A stretch of DNA of 64,000 bases, from positions 1 to 64,000 of the IMG/VR virus record IMGVR_UViG_3300015370_000516; one strand, written 5' to 3'. Made by a program: the position numbers and the translations under genes. The DNA comes from a virus. Its lineage: Duplodnaviria; Caudoviricetes. A model generated the notes under the pieces. The model did not search any database. It saw only the letters and a list, made by a program, of their open reading frames with translations, and was not told where the DNA came from. This document shows positions 38,885 through 47,608 of the stretch, piece after piece (position 1 is the stretch's first letter; every line of letters begins with the position of its first letter).

Positions 38885-39054
38885 AATCGAACAGGACAAT
38901 TCTTCAGGTGTAGAAGCTGTGGCTACTCCTTGGACGCTGACCTCAATGCATCACGAAACATTCTCAATAGATTTCTCTTCCAGGAGTCTTCAGACCCTGG
39001 GCAACAAGTTAAACCTAATCACAAACCTGTGGGTTTGTTAAAGGTATAATTCCG
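38885..39054 (+). ncRNA. tnpB 3'-end remnant / omega-RNA-like cassette (copy 3)
   Basis: Encodes NRTGQFFRCRSCGYSLDADLNASRNILNRF (TnpB C-terminal Zn-finger half and RuvC-III); 48/50 nt identical to copy 4 at 38936-38985; the rest of tnpB is absent. Confidence 0.75.
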
Positions 39055-39100
39055 CAGAATAATTACTTACGGATTTGAAAACCTAAAGGAGAAAATTGAC

Positions 39101-39655
39101 ATGAAACAGCAATATCGTAACCTTGTTTCGTACGCAGCGGCAATTGCTATAATTTTCGGATTGTTTGTTGCTTACCTGTTCTATGATATACACAGGGAGG
39201 ATATTGCATATAAGAGGCAGTTTTTTGATCCACCGCCAACGGATACTTCTCTGGTAGCGCTTTTACAAAAAGGTATGAACCCAGACGACCTTGAAAGTGC
39301 GATACTCATCCACAGTTCTCCATTGGCTTACGTTAGGATAGGAAAACGGAATCCTTACTACATTGAACCTGCAATACTCTCAGCGCGTTTCTGGGAAAAG
39401 CCTGGTCTATATCACAATATCGCTGCGGCTGTCGGGGCTTGTGATGCTGTTGAACCGTTGCTTGACGGAGTTTATAATCCTCATGCTGGCGTTGGGGGAC
39501 TTTCTCAGGGTAGTCCTTATGAAAACCTGAGTAAACTGATAGAATACAAATCGGATTGCGAACGAATTTACCGCAAATACGGGAACTATGGGTATAAGGT
39601 TAAGGCTGATTCTTTGGCTAAAAGGGTAGAAGAGCTTAGGGTACGTCTTAAATAG
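39101..39655 (+). CDS. hypothetical protein with an N-terminal transmembrane helix
   Basis: AAGGAG RBS; hydrophobic AAAIAIIFGLFVAYLFY. Confidence 0.6.
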   Translation: MKQQYRNLVSYAAAIAIIFGLFVAYLFYDIHREDIAYKRQFFDPPPTDTSLVALLQKGMNPDDLESAILIHSSPLAYVRIGKRNPYYIEPAILSARFWEKPGLYHNIAAAVGACDAVEPLLDGVYNPHAGVGGLSQGSPYENLSKLIEYKSDCERIYRKYGNYGYKVKADSLAKRVEELRVRLK

Positions 39656-39702
39656 GTTTGGAAATATGTTTGGGGTGGGATTATAGAAACGACTGCTGAT
39701 TC

Positions 39703-40392
39703 ATGAAGTTACTTAAAAAGACAGCGTCCCGCATACAGCTTGACAACCTGGACATTCCAAGCGTCATTTCAAAGTTGGGGTTGCGGATAAAAGATGCACG
39801 CGGCACGTGGATCACGGCTTGGTGCATATTTCACGATGATGGCAAGAACCCCAATCTAAGGATTCGCACAGATTCTGGTGGAGTATTCCGCTGCTTTTCC
39901 TGTGGTGCTAAAGGTAACATTCTTAATCTTGTTGAACGCGCCAAGAATTTAGACCGTGAAGCTGCTTGGCAATACTTAGCTACATTAGGAAAACGCGGAG
40001 TTACCTTAGAGGGGTTACGCCGCAAGCTGGAACGGAGAAAGAATTCAAATCCATTAGTTTGGAAACAGGTACTGAATCAGAGTTTAATTGGAGTTTGTGA
40101 TTTATTATTAGCAATACCGCCAGGCGTTAGAGCAGAGCAGGAAAAAGCTCATGTTACCAATGACGTAAATAGATTTTTCAGGTTGCAAGATCCAGATTAC
40201 TTCTTACTTCGTGATTTGATAGATGCTGTAATGGTAAGAATGGAATACGGCTGTGATGCTGATAGTTTTTCAGATTTGTTGTTTGATATTCAGGGCATTT
40301 GGGAAGTAGCTGAAAGCGTTGGATATTTGGAACGTTACCCAGTGATTTTTCATCAAACGTTAGGTCGGTGTTGGACAACTCCAACCCATTAA
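39703..40392 (+). CDS. DNA primase CHC2 zinc-finger domain protein (no TOPRIM domain)
   Basis: WCIFHDDGKNPNL...FRCFSCGAKGNI; remainder is helical with no recognisable TOPRIM motifs. Confidence 0.75.
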   Translation: MKLLKKTASRIQLDNLDIPSVISKLGLRIKDARGTWITAWCIFHDDGKNPNLRIRTDSGGVFRCFSCGAKGNILNLVERAKNLDREAAWQYLATLGKRGVTLEGLRRKLERRKNSNPLVWKQVLNQSLIGVCDLLLAIPPGVRAEQEKAHVTNDVNRFFRLQDPDYFLLRDLIDAVMVRMEYGCDADSFSDLLFDIQGIWEVAESVGYLERYPVIFHQTLGRCWTTPTH

Positions 40393-40410
40393 AAGAAACG
40401 TAAAAAATAC

Positions 40411-40439
40411 TTGTAATTTATATCTATTCTTGCTAAATT
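40411..40439 (+). promoter_or_regulatory. sigma70-like promoter TTGTAA-N17-TAAATT
   Basis: 17-bp spacer with an extended TG. Confidence 0.6.
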
Positions 40440-40448
40440 GGGGATAAC

Positions 40449-40550
40449 GGGGTGGGACTTCAAGGAATAAAACCAGAATGATTGTAGTATCGGTTGTCTG
40501 GTGGGTAGCCTTGGTACAGTTTGTAGAAGCGGGGCTGTACGTTCCACCCC
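40449..40550 (+). ncRNA. putative structured RNA (three-way junction) or structured 5' leader
   Basis: Four nested stems: GGGGTGGGAC/GTTCCACCCC, CAAGG/CCTTG, ACCAGA/TCTGGT and GTACAGTTT/GGGCTGTAC. Confidence 0.5.
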
Positions 40551-40573
40551 AAATTTAAAGTTGAGATAAACCC

Positions 40574-40927
40574 ATGAATATCAGAGATGGTGTAGCCGGA
40601 AAGTTCTATCTGAGTCCCAAGGGGCTAAAGATTCAGTTTCTCAGGAAACGCGTAGACAGTGACTACGTAGTTATCAAGAATCTCGCTTCTGGTGGGCATG
40701 AGTTAGTCGTTCCAGGTGATATGCAGGTTGAAGCAGATGTGTCCTTCGATCAAGTGATTATTACTCCAGAGGAGCAACCAACTGGCAGACGTAGGTTAGC
40801 TTTGCTTGTGCAACGGATACTCCAGGAATCCGGCATGGCAGTAGCAGAGATTGCTGACATTACCGGAATAGTTCCAGGCGTGGTACAGGATCATTTAGAC
40901 AAATTGCTATCTCAGGAAGGTAATTAG
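40574..40927 (+). CDS. hypothetical protein with a C-terminal HTH-like segment
   Basis: ILQESGMAVAEIADITGIVPGVVQDHLDKL. Confidence 0.55.
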   Translation: MNIRDGVAGKFYLSPKGLKIQFLRKRVDSDYVVIKNLASGGHELVVPGDMQVEADVSFDQVIITPEEQPTGRRRLALLVQRILQESGMAVAEIADITGIVPGVVQDHLDKLLSQEGN

Positions 40928-40928
40928 T

Positions 40929-42395
40929 ATGCCTGCCCAATTTCAAGACTACCAAGCATTAATTAGATCGATGCGTCCCAGGAGCTGGGATGATGTTATC
41001 GGGCAGTTACAAGTAGTCAGGCCTCTACGTAATATGATTTTGCGTGGCAAGATTCCCCAGACTATTTTGTTGGAGGGGGATCGTGGGCTTGGCAAGACCA
41101 CTTGCGCTCGGCTACTGGCTGCTCGGATAAACTGCCGAGAAGTCCCCAAAGACCAGGCCGATCCCTGTGGTAAATGCCCATCATGTGTGGGTATTATCGG
41201 TGGGGCAACAGATTTTGTGGTTTCGGAAATTGATTGCGGGACCAGCAATAAAGTTGACGATATTGTTAGTCTTATTGGGCAGTCCGGGTACGGCTCTGGA
41301 AATAGAACCAGAGTATTTATCTTGGACGAGTTTCATCACGTAACCACCGCTGGCAAGACTGCGCTTTTAAAGCCTCTGGAAGAACCCAATCCCAACGTTC
41401 GCTGGATCTTATGCACCACCGAGGGACACAAGATTACGGGCACAATTAGGTCTCGATGCACCGCTCTTCAGTTCAGACCGATCAACGAAAAGACGATCAA
41501 GGCGTTTATTCAGCAGATCATCGAACGCTTAATCATCACCGGAGAAACTGAGGTCAAAGAGTTTGATGATGCCGCACTGGTAGCACTATCCGAACTATCA
41601 GATGGTTCGGTACGACAAGCTCTGTCCTTAGTTGAGCAGGTCTTGGCATTTGGGGGGGAGATTTTAACACCTGCAGTCGTTGAATTAGTATCTGGCAAAG
41701 CAACCTCTGAGCAGATTAGTCGATTTGTCATGGCTATTGTCAAAGGTCGTTTGGCTGCTGCAGACCGTCTAATTCGAGAGGCTTATACCGATGAATTTAC
41801 CGATGCTCTGTTGACTTATCTCTATCGGGTGTATATTCCTGGCAGGGGTGGTTCAGATGAGGTTGGAAGAAGGCAGTCAGCCCTAATGGTTCGAGCAGTT
41901 CAGACGTTTCAACCACATTATTCACATTCTGTAAATCGGGATGGATTACTCTTCGCTTTGTATGATGCACTTCATGGAATTGACGATGTTAAGGTATTTG
42001 AAGCCTCACCGGAAGCCAAAACAACTTCAGCAATCCCAGAAATGGATGAGTTAGAGCATATTAATCAATTAGTTGCTCTGGCTGGCAAGACTGGTCCTGT
42101 TGCCGTAGCCGAAGTTTGGGATGGTAATCGGATGATTATAGAACTTGGAAAGAAGAAAGTACCGGTTATGGTTATGCGCCCCGATCTTGTTTGGAATGGT
42201 ATGATATACAAAGTTCCTGAGATTCCGGAACAGGTACGTTATGTAATTCTGGTTAAGCATATTGATAAAATCATAAATATTGGAGAATTCCAGCCAAAGG
42301 AATTGATAGCAAACAAACTCATGTACACCAACGAGGAAGCTCGTGATAAACTCGCCAAGAAAGCAGCTCTTGAAAATGAGAAGGCATCCACATAA
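40929..42395 (+). CDS. dnaX: DNA polymerase III gamma/tau-like clamp loader subunit
   Basis: RPRSWDDVIGQ, GDRGLGKTT, C..CPSC zinc motif, ILDEFH, LLKPLEEP and TIRSRC. Confidence 0.9.
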   Translation: MPAQFQDYQALIRSMRPRSWDDVIGQLQVVRPLRNMILRGKIPQTILLEGDRGLGKTTCARLLAARINCREVPKDQADPCGKCPSCVGIIGGATDFVVSEIDCGTSNKVDDIVSLIGQSGYGSGNRTRVFILDEFHHVTTAGKTALLKPLEEPNPNVRWILCTTEGHKITGTIRSRCTALQFRPINEKTIKAFIQQIIERLIITGETEVKEFDDAALVALSELSDGSVRQALSLVEQVLAFGGEILTPAVVELVSGKATSEQISRFVMAIVKGRLAAADRLIREAYTDEFTDALLTYLYRVYIPGRGGSDEVGRRQSALMVRAVQTFQPHYSHSVNRDGLLFALYDALHGIDDVKVFEASPEAKTTSAIPEMDELEHINQLVALAGKTGPVAVAEVWDGNRMIIELGKKKVPVMVMRPDLVWNGMIYKVPEIPEQVRYVILVKHIDKIINIGEFQPKELIANKLMYTNEEARDKLAKKAALENEKAST

Positions 42396-42416
42396 TAGCA
42401 CGTTGGGAGAATACAA

Positions 42417-43574
42417 ATGCAATCATTTACCGTAACGTTTAATCGTCAGCAGTTGGCTGATATACTGTCCAAGATGGTAAAGAATCTGAAACCTAAGCCG
42501 ACTGAGACGGTGATTCGTAGGATGGTTCTCATTAAGCCTACAGAAGATGGTGGCATGGTTGTCATACTGGCGACCAATGAGAAACAGACTTATTTGTTCC
42601 GTAATATAGCCTATCAGACGGATTCTGGAGAACTATACCCCATTGCAGTTGACTTGATAAAACTTTCCAAGTTTGTGAGCTGTTCGGGTGGGGAAACGGT
42701 TAGTTTCCGGGCTGATTCTGACAAGGATAAACTATCGCTCAAGGCTGGCAATACTAAAGCCGATCTTGCTTACTTGCCGGGAACTGACTATATTGAGCGA
42801 CTTGGCCAGGACGAAACAGCCTTCATGCCACGCGGTGCAGCTGTGGGTGAAATTTCAGACCTACCATCGTTTGTCAAGACGCTTCAAATCATGAGCAGAT
42901 GCACCGATGATGATCCGCTCAAATCCTTTCTTGACGGAATCTATACGGATGGGGAAGGAAATTTCATGGCTACCGATCTGCTGCGCGGCATGTTAGTTCC
43001 GATGGAAGACCATCGGTGGAAAATCAGAACTGTGGTCCCCAACGATTTAGTAAATATGCTGGGGGACTTATCTGCCGACAGAGTCTTGATATTCTGGGAT
43101 CAGGATGAGATTTGGTTCTCTGATTTAGAAGGCAATGTTATTATTTCAGGGTTCTGCCGAGAGATTGAAAAGTTCCCACAAGCAGAACTCCAGAAGGTCT
43201 TCCAGGAGGCCGATAAAGCAACCATTGGCATCGTCCTCGACGCCGCAGAACTTAAAACGGTACTGGACAGAATACGCACTTTCTTCAGCGATAATGTTCT
43301 GTGCACCCTTGCGTTTGGGGATAAGCTCAAACTCGTGGGGGTGGGAAATAACAAAGACCGCATGCAGGATGTTATTTCCTATTCGCTGTCCGATGGCGAG
43401 ATTCCGGAGGAAATGTCGTTCCAGTTATACCTTTCCGCGCTGGAGTTGATTACTTCTGTGTACGAGGGAGAATTTAAGCTGGACATCGTTTCCTTGCACA
43501 AGTCTATCCACTGTGAGAGTTCTTCGCTGGGGATTAAGATGTTCGTCGTTCCATATATTAGGATGGAGAGTTGA
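42417..43574 (+). CDS. dnaN: beta sliding clamp-like protein
   Basis: Three-domain length (385 aa); LATNE, LDGIY and MATDLLR motifs; C-terminal MFVVPY; adjacent to dnaX. Confidence 0.7.
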   Translation: MQSFTVTFNRQQLADILSKMVKNLKPKPTETVIRRMVLIKPTEDGGMVVILATNEKQTYLFRNIAYQTDSGELYPIAVDLIKLSKFVSCSGGETVSFRADSDKDKLSLKAGNTKADLAYLPGTDYIERLGQDETAFMPRGAAVGEISDLPSFVKTLQIMSRCTDDDPLKSFLDGIYTDGEGNFMATDLLRGMLVPMEDHRWKIRTVVPNDLVNMLGDLSADRVLIFWDQDEIWFSDLEGNVIISGFCREIEKFPQAELQKVFQEADKATIGIVLDAAELKTVLDRIRTFFSDNVLCTLAFGDKLKLVGVGNNKDRMQDVISYSLSDGEIPEEMSFQLYLSALELITSVYEGEFKLDIVSLHKSIHCESSSLGIKMFVVPYIRMES

Positions 43575-43864
43575 TGCAGCGAACTACAGAAATGGTAGTA
43601 GCTACCATGATCAATGCCATTCCAATTAACAGGCTAATGGCAATCTGTGAAGATTTTGCTCTGGGGTCGGAACCAACCGAGACCATAGACGTACTAAGGC
43701 AGCGGGTTAGGGCACACGTGGTCAATCTATCAGACGGGTTGACCCCAGTAGTTGCGCCGCCAGTAGATCCAGAGAAGAAGTCGGGGCTAAGAATAAAGAA
43801 ATCCTCTCAGGACTTCGACCCCTTTGCACCCAAACGTCGGATTGTGCTCCAGAGACGAAAATAA
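43571..43864 (+). CDS. hypothetical protein
   Basis: ORF track; its TAA stop overlaps the IS right end. Confidence 0.55.
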   Translation: MMQRTTEMVVATMINAIPINRLMAICEDFALGSEPTETIDVLRQRVRAHVVNLSDGLTPVVAPPVDPEKKSGLRIKKSSQDFDPFAPKRRIVLQRRK

Positions 43865-43865
43865 A

Positions 43866-44996
43866 CTACCCACGAGTAACTTCGTGGATTTTAACCCTGT
43901 CATGGGACGAGTCTTCGGGCTGGTTTATAGCAGCCCCGACCGCGGCGATGTTCCGTGCCGCATTAACATCGGCATTTAGAACAGCACTACAGTTTGCACA
44001 GGAAAAGATTTGACCAGAACGATGCCCCAGACTGCCACAAAAAGAGCATATCTGGGATGTATAAGCGGGGTTAATTTTAATCACAGCGACCCCGGTTCGC
44101 ATGGCCTTGTAGATAATCATCTGCTGAAGGGCGTAGAATGCCCAGCTATTGTGCAGACCTCGTTGGGATCTGCGCAGTTTTGGATTGGTGCGTTTCCGAA
44201 TGTCCTTCAAGTTCTCCAGGGCGATGCTTCTGCCAGAAGCAGCAGCAGTTTCTACAATCTTTTTGCTGATGGTATGGTTGACGTTCTTGACGGCGCGAGA
44301 TTCTTTGCCACTAAGCTGTTTGAGGGTACGACGGGCGTTTTTGCAAGTGCTCCGTTTTCCCGTTCCTGCCTTCGATTGAAGCGATCTGCGAGTTTTGTGC
44401 TGTTTCAATCGGTAAGTATTAAGAATCTCTCCACCAAACTGAACGCCATCCGATGTAGTTGCGATATTCTTAATTCCCAAATCCACCCCCAGAATTCCAT
44501 CCGAAGTAGAGGATTCTGGGACATCCTCCTTAATCTGTATATTTATAAAATAATGCTTTTTGCCTTTGGTCAATTGTGCCGAAGTGGGATGTTGACCCGA
44601 CAATGCTTGTCTTTGGTAATCTCCCAAATGAAGGTAAAACTTCTCTCGGCTCTCCAAGAGGGTAAGTTTCACGCTCCAGTCATGTTCGTTGAAGGAAAAA
44701 ATCCGTTCGTCAAAATCAACGCTGGAAGGTTTAAATCTGGAATTGGGGTTCCGTCTTAAAGCCACTGCTGTACGTGCGATGGCACGGGATGCAAGATTAG
44801 CCTTCAGTTTAAAAATGGAACGTAGATTATAGTAGCATCCTCGATGAAGTGTGAATTGTCGTTTTTTGTCTGTCTTGCGTCCGTAATCCGCCACAAAATT
44901 GCAGGCTGCTGAAAAGGCTTTAAGGGTTCTTTCAATATGTTCCTGTTGTGGCTTTGTAGTCAACAATTTACAGGATATAGTGCGGATGGCTTTCAT
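43866..44996 (-). CDS. tnpB: TnpB RNA-guided endonuclease
   Basis: RuvC triad intact (GVDLG, ALENL, NADVNAARNI); CSFC/CANC zinc finger; NPAYTSQ. Confidence 0.95.
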   Translation of the reverse strand: MKAIRTISCKLLTTKPQQEHIERTLKAFSAACNFVADYGRKTDKKRQFTLHRGCYYNLRSIFKLKANLASRAIARTAVALRRNPNSRFKPSSVDFDERIFSFNEHDWSVKLTLLESREKFYLHLGDYQRQALSGQHPTSAQLTKGKKHYFINIQIKEDVPESSTSDGILGVDLGIKNIATTSDGVQFGGEILNTYRLKQHKTRRSLQSKAGTGKRSTCKNARRTLKQLSGKESRAVKNVNHTISKKIVETAAASGRSIALENLKDIRKRTNPKLRRSQRGLHNSWAFYALQQMIIYKAMRTGVAVIKINPAYTSQICSFCGSLGHRSGQIFSCANCSAVLNADVNAARNIAAVGAAINQPEDSSHDRVKIHEVTRG

Positions 44997-45002
44997 GCTC
45001 CA

Positions 45003-45031
45003 AATATAGCAAAACTTTCACTAAAAATCAA
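45003..45031 (-). promoter_or_regulatory. tnpB promoter TTGATT-N17-TATATT, probably giving a leaderless mRNA
   Basis: The -10 box ends 7 nt before the A of the tnpB ATG. Confidence 0.5.
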
Positions 45032-45109
45032 GAAGAATTTGAGAAATTTAACCAGAGCGGATGGCATAATTTCTACGATTGGAATCGTGGGGCTATTGTC
45101 ATAAATATC

Positions 45110-47608
45110 ATGAGATGTACAGAATGTTCTCTATCCAAGACAGCAACACAGGAAGTAGAAGGCACTGGCCCCGTTAATACAGATACCCCAATTATGCTTA
45201 TTGGGGAAGTTCCTGGAGAGGACGAGGATAAGCGGGGCGTTCCTTTTGTTGGTATAGCTGGTCAGCAAGTGCTGGATCCAATACTAAAGGCAGTTGGTCT
45301 GGATCGTAGAAAGATATGGATATTCAACGTATTGCGCTGCCGCCCGCAGAACAATAACATTGATTCTCCAGAAGCAAAAGATGGCTTAGGGATATGTCCT
45401 GGGCTATTTCTTTTTCCAGCTATAGAAGAACTCAGGCCCAAGATCATAGTTACTTTGGGTGCAATTTCCTCTAATCTACTTCTGGGCAGTAAGCGAGGTA
45501 CTCGGCTGGCTGATTTACGGGGTCGCCCAGTTGAGAAATCCTTCGGGGAACACACCTGTTACGTAATGCCTTCCTATCACCCAGCATCGTTGTTACCAGG
45601 TCGTAATCCAGCTAACTATCAGATATTGCTTGAGGATATGCACCGAGCCGTTTCTTGGCTTAATGGTGCTCAGGTAGTAATTGCTGAGAAATATCGTACT
45701 TTAAAGTCGCGTACAATGGTTGATAAGTTTTTTGATTGGATGCATAATGGTGAAATGAATGATTTTATTTATGACGTGGAAGCACAAGTATATGATGCTA
45801 ACAGCAAACGCCCCAATATTTATAAGGACAAAATTCTGGGCATTAGTATTTCCTGGAGAGCTGGTCACGCTGTTTATCTTCCGTTACGTACCAGACCAGC
45901 TTTTAGTTATGAGTTGGAATCCTATTGGGGGGAGGATCAGGATTATGTAGTTGGTAGATTGAAAAAGGCTTTGGAAACTAATATAAGCAAAGGTGGGCAA
46001 AATGCTAAGTATGATAATATGATTTTAGAATGTGATTTAGGTATTAAGGTTTCTGGTTATAGTTTTGATACTATGATTGCTTCTCATTTGCTTGATGAGA
46101 ATCGAATGTCCCATGCCCTGGACGAACAGGTGCGTATTCATATACCAGAGAAATCGGGCTGGAAGGGCATGGCCCAGAAGGGAGACATGGCATCATTGTC
46201 TCTGGATACTATTGCGCAGTATTGTTGTTTAGACGCTGATTTAGAGCTTAGACTCAGAGACATTTATGCTGAACGTTTATGTAAGTACCCGCAATTTGAG
46301 CATCTATTTTATCATCATTGTATTCCTTACCAGCGCACTTTACAACGCATGGAATTAACCGGCGCACCGGTTGATGTATCAGCAGTTATCAAACTCAAAG
46401 CGGATTTGGAAGCTGAGATAACTAAAGCTGAAATCAGAATGCGTAAGGTTTTTGGAAGCACGGTTAATGTAGATTCCCCGACCGATGTTTATTTAGCGCT
46501 GAAGCAGAATGGCGTAGACGTAACGGCTTTAGAGGAAACCGATGATGATGATGTTCCTATTCTGGATGCTAAAGGGAATCCTAAGATAAGTACGAAAAAA
46601 GCTATGTTGGGTAGTTTATCGCAATCTTCGGGGTTGGTACAGTTGATTATGAATACCAGAGTGTTACAGAAAATGTTAAGTACCTATGTGATACCTATTG
46701 AGAGATTTCAGATAAACAATAGAATTCATGGATCATTTAAAATAACCGGAACGAAAACGGGGCGAATATCAAGTTCTGAACCCAATCTCCAAAACATCCC
46801 ACGTGGTGGTGAACTTGATAATATAAGTCATGTTTGGGGCAAGCGGGTAAAGAGTGTTTATTGTGCTCAGGCTGGCTGGAAATTGATACAGGGCGATTTT
46901 TCACAAATGGAAGTTGGGGTATTGGCTGATTATTCCAGAGATGCAGCTCTGGTGGCTGCTTGTTCTACCGAAGATGTTCATTTTGCTGCAGCTTGTTCCT
47001 TATTTGGTTTGGATTTTAAAGAGGCGTATTCACGCTTTTTGCGGGGAGATCCATACTTGGCGAGTAGGCGGCAAATGATAAAGAGTATTGTATTTGGTCT
47101 TATTTACGGATCATCAGATGATTCTCTGGCAAAGTCTTATGGTCTTGACGTATCAGTGTTCAAAGATTTCCGGGCTAAATTCTTTCAGCGGTTTGGTGGG
47201 GTAGAGAAGTTTATTGGTAACACTCACCAGCAAATTGATGCTAATAAAGAAGTGATTTCCAAGTTTGGTCGGCATCGGAGAATACCCTACGCGGGACAAA
47301 AAGATAAATTGGGGAGAGCTCACCGGCAGGCGGTCAATAGTTTAATCCAAGGAACTGCCGCTGATATATGTGCCCAAGCTATCTATCGATTGGAAGATGA
47401 GTTAATAAAGTATAAGTACAGAGCCAGGCCAGTTTTAACAGTTCATGATTCTATTGTTACTGAAGTTCCTGATGAGGAAGTGAACGAGGTTTGTGCTTTA
47501 CAGCGTGAGATTATGCTGATGAAGCCGTTGCCGGATTTTAGCGTATCTTTGCGAGTCGATATTGAGGTAGGAGAACGCTGGAGTGAACTCAAGAAGGTGG
47601 GGGTATGA
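45110..47608 (+). CDS. polA: family A DNA polymerase with N-terminal uracil-DNA glycosylase domain (SPO1-type architecture)
   Basis: UDG family-4 motifs (CTECSL, IGEVPG..ED..G.PFVG, CRP, YHPA); 3'-5' exonuclease DVE/NAKYD/YCCLD; polymerase GRISSSEPNLQNIPR, DFSQME, K..VFGLIYG and VHDS. Confidence 0.92.
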   Translation: MRCTECSLSKTATQEVEGTGPVNTDTPIMLIGEVPGEDEDKRGVPFVGIAGQQVLDPILKAVGLDRRKIWIFNVLRCRPQNNNIDSPEAKDGLGICPGLFLFPAIEELRPKIIVTLGAISSNLLLGSKRGTRLADLRGRPVEKSFGEHTCYVMPSYHPASLLPGRNPANYQILLEDMHRAVSWLNGAQVVIAEKYRTLKSRTMVDKFFDWMHNGEMNDFIYDVEAQVYDANSKRPNIYKDKILGISISWRAGHAVYLPLRTRPAFSYELESYWGEDQDYVVGRLKKALETNISKGGQNAKYDNMILECDLGIKVSGYSFDTMIASHLLDENRMSHALDEQVRIHIPEKSGWKGMAQKGDMASLSLDTIAQYCCLDADLELRLRDIYAERLCKYPQFEHLFYHHCIPYQRTLQRMELTGAPVDVSAVIKLKADLEAEITKAEIRMRKVFGSTVNVDSPTDVYLALKQNGVDVTALEETDDDDVPILDAKGNPKISTKKAMLGSLSQSSGLVQLIMNTRVLQKMLSTYVIPIERFQINNRIHGSFKITGTKTGRISSSEPNLQNIPRGGELDNISHVWGKRVKSVYCAQAGWKLIQGDFSQMEVGVLADYSRDAALVAACSTEDVHFAAACSLFGLDFKEAYSRFLRGDPYLASRRQMIKSIVFGLIYGSSDDSLAKSYGLDVSVFKDFRAKFFQRFGGVEKFIGNTHQQIDANKEVISKFGRHRRIPYAGQKDKLGRAHRQAVNSLIQGTAADICAQAIYRLEDELIKYKYRARPVLTVHDSIVTEVPDEEVNEVCALQREIMLMKPLPDFSVSLRVDIEVGERWSELKKVGV

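Larger units (their letters stand above)
43861..45100 (-). mobile_element. tnpB-only IS200/IS605-family element (no tnpA)
   Basis: Minus-strand right end ATCCACGAAGTTACTCGTGGGTAGTTTAT; left-end hairpin CCACGATT-CC-AATCGTAG; TTTAT target motif adjacent to the left end (plus strand ATAAA, 45101-45105). Confidence 0.8.

Noticed and set aside
38882-39049. Functional 55-aa zinc-ribbon protein (and a 42-aa equivalent at 60485-60613)
   Set aside because: Only one CxxC pair is retained, there is no clear RBS, and conservation tracks RNA stems; treated as a vestigial frame.
40449-40553. tRNA or tmRNA
   Set aside because: It has a 7-bp acceptor-like stem, but no T-loop (TTCRA), no D-loop or anticodon geometry and no tag ORF.
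44010-44759. 249-aa plus-strand ORF and the many other antisense/overlapping ORFs in the track
   Set aside because: They are shadows of well-supported genes on the opposite strand or frame and have no recognisable motifs.
43866-44996. The intact TnpB as cognate protein for the four omega-like tails
   Set aside because: Its C-terminus (ADVNAARNIAAVG) and right end (CCACGA hairpin, TTTAT) differ from the remnants (ADLNASRNILNRF, TTCCG end). Cross-use is not supported, though untested.
43861-45105. 5-bp target-site duplication (ATAAA on both sides)
   Set aside because: IS200/IS605 elements make no TSD; the match is explained by the right end ending in the same pentamer as the target motif.
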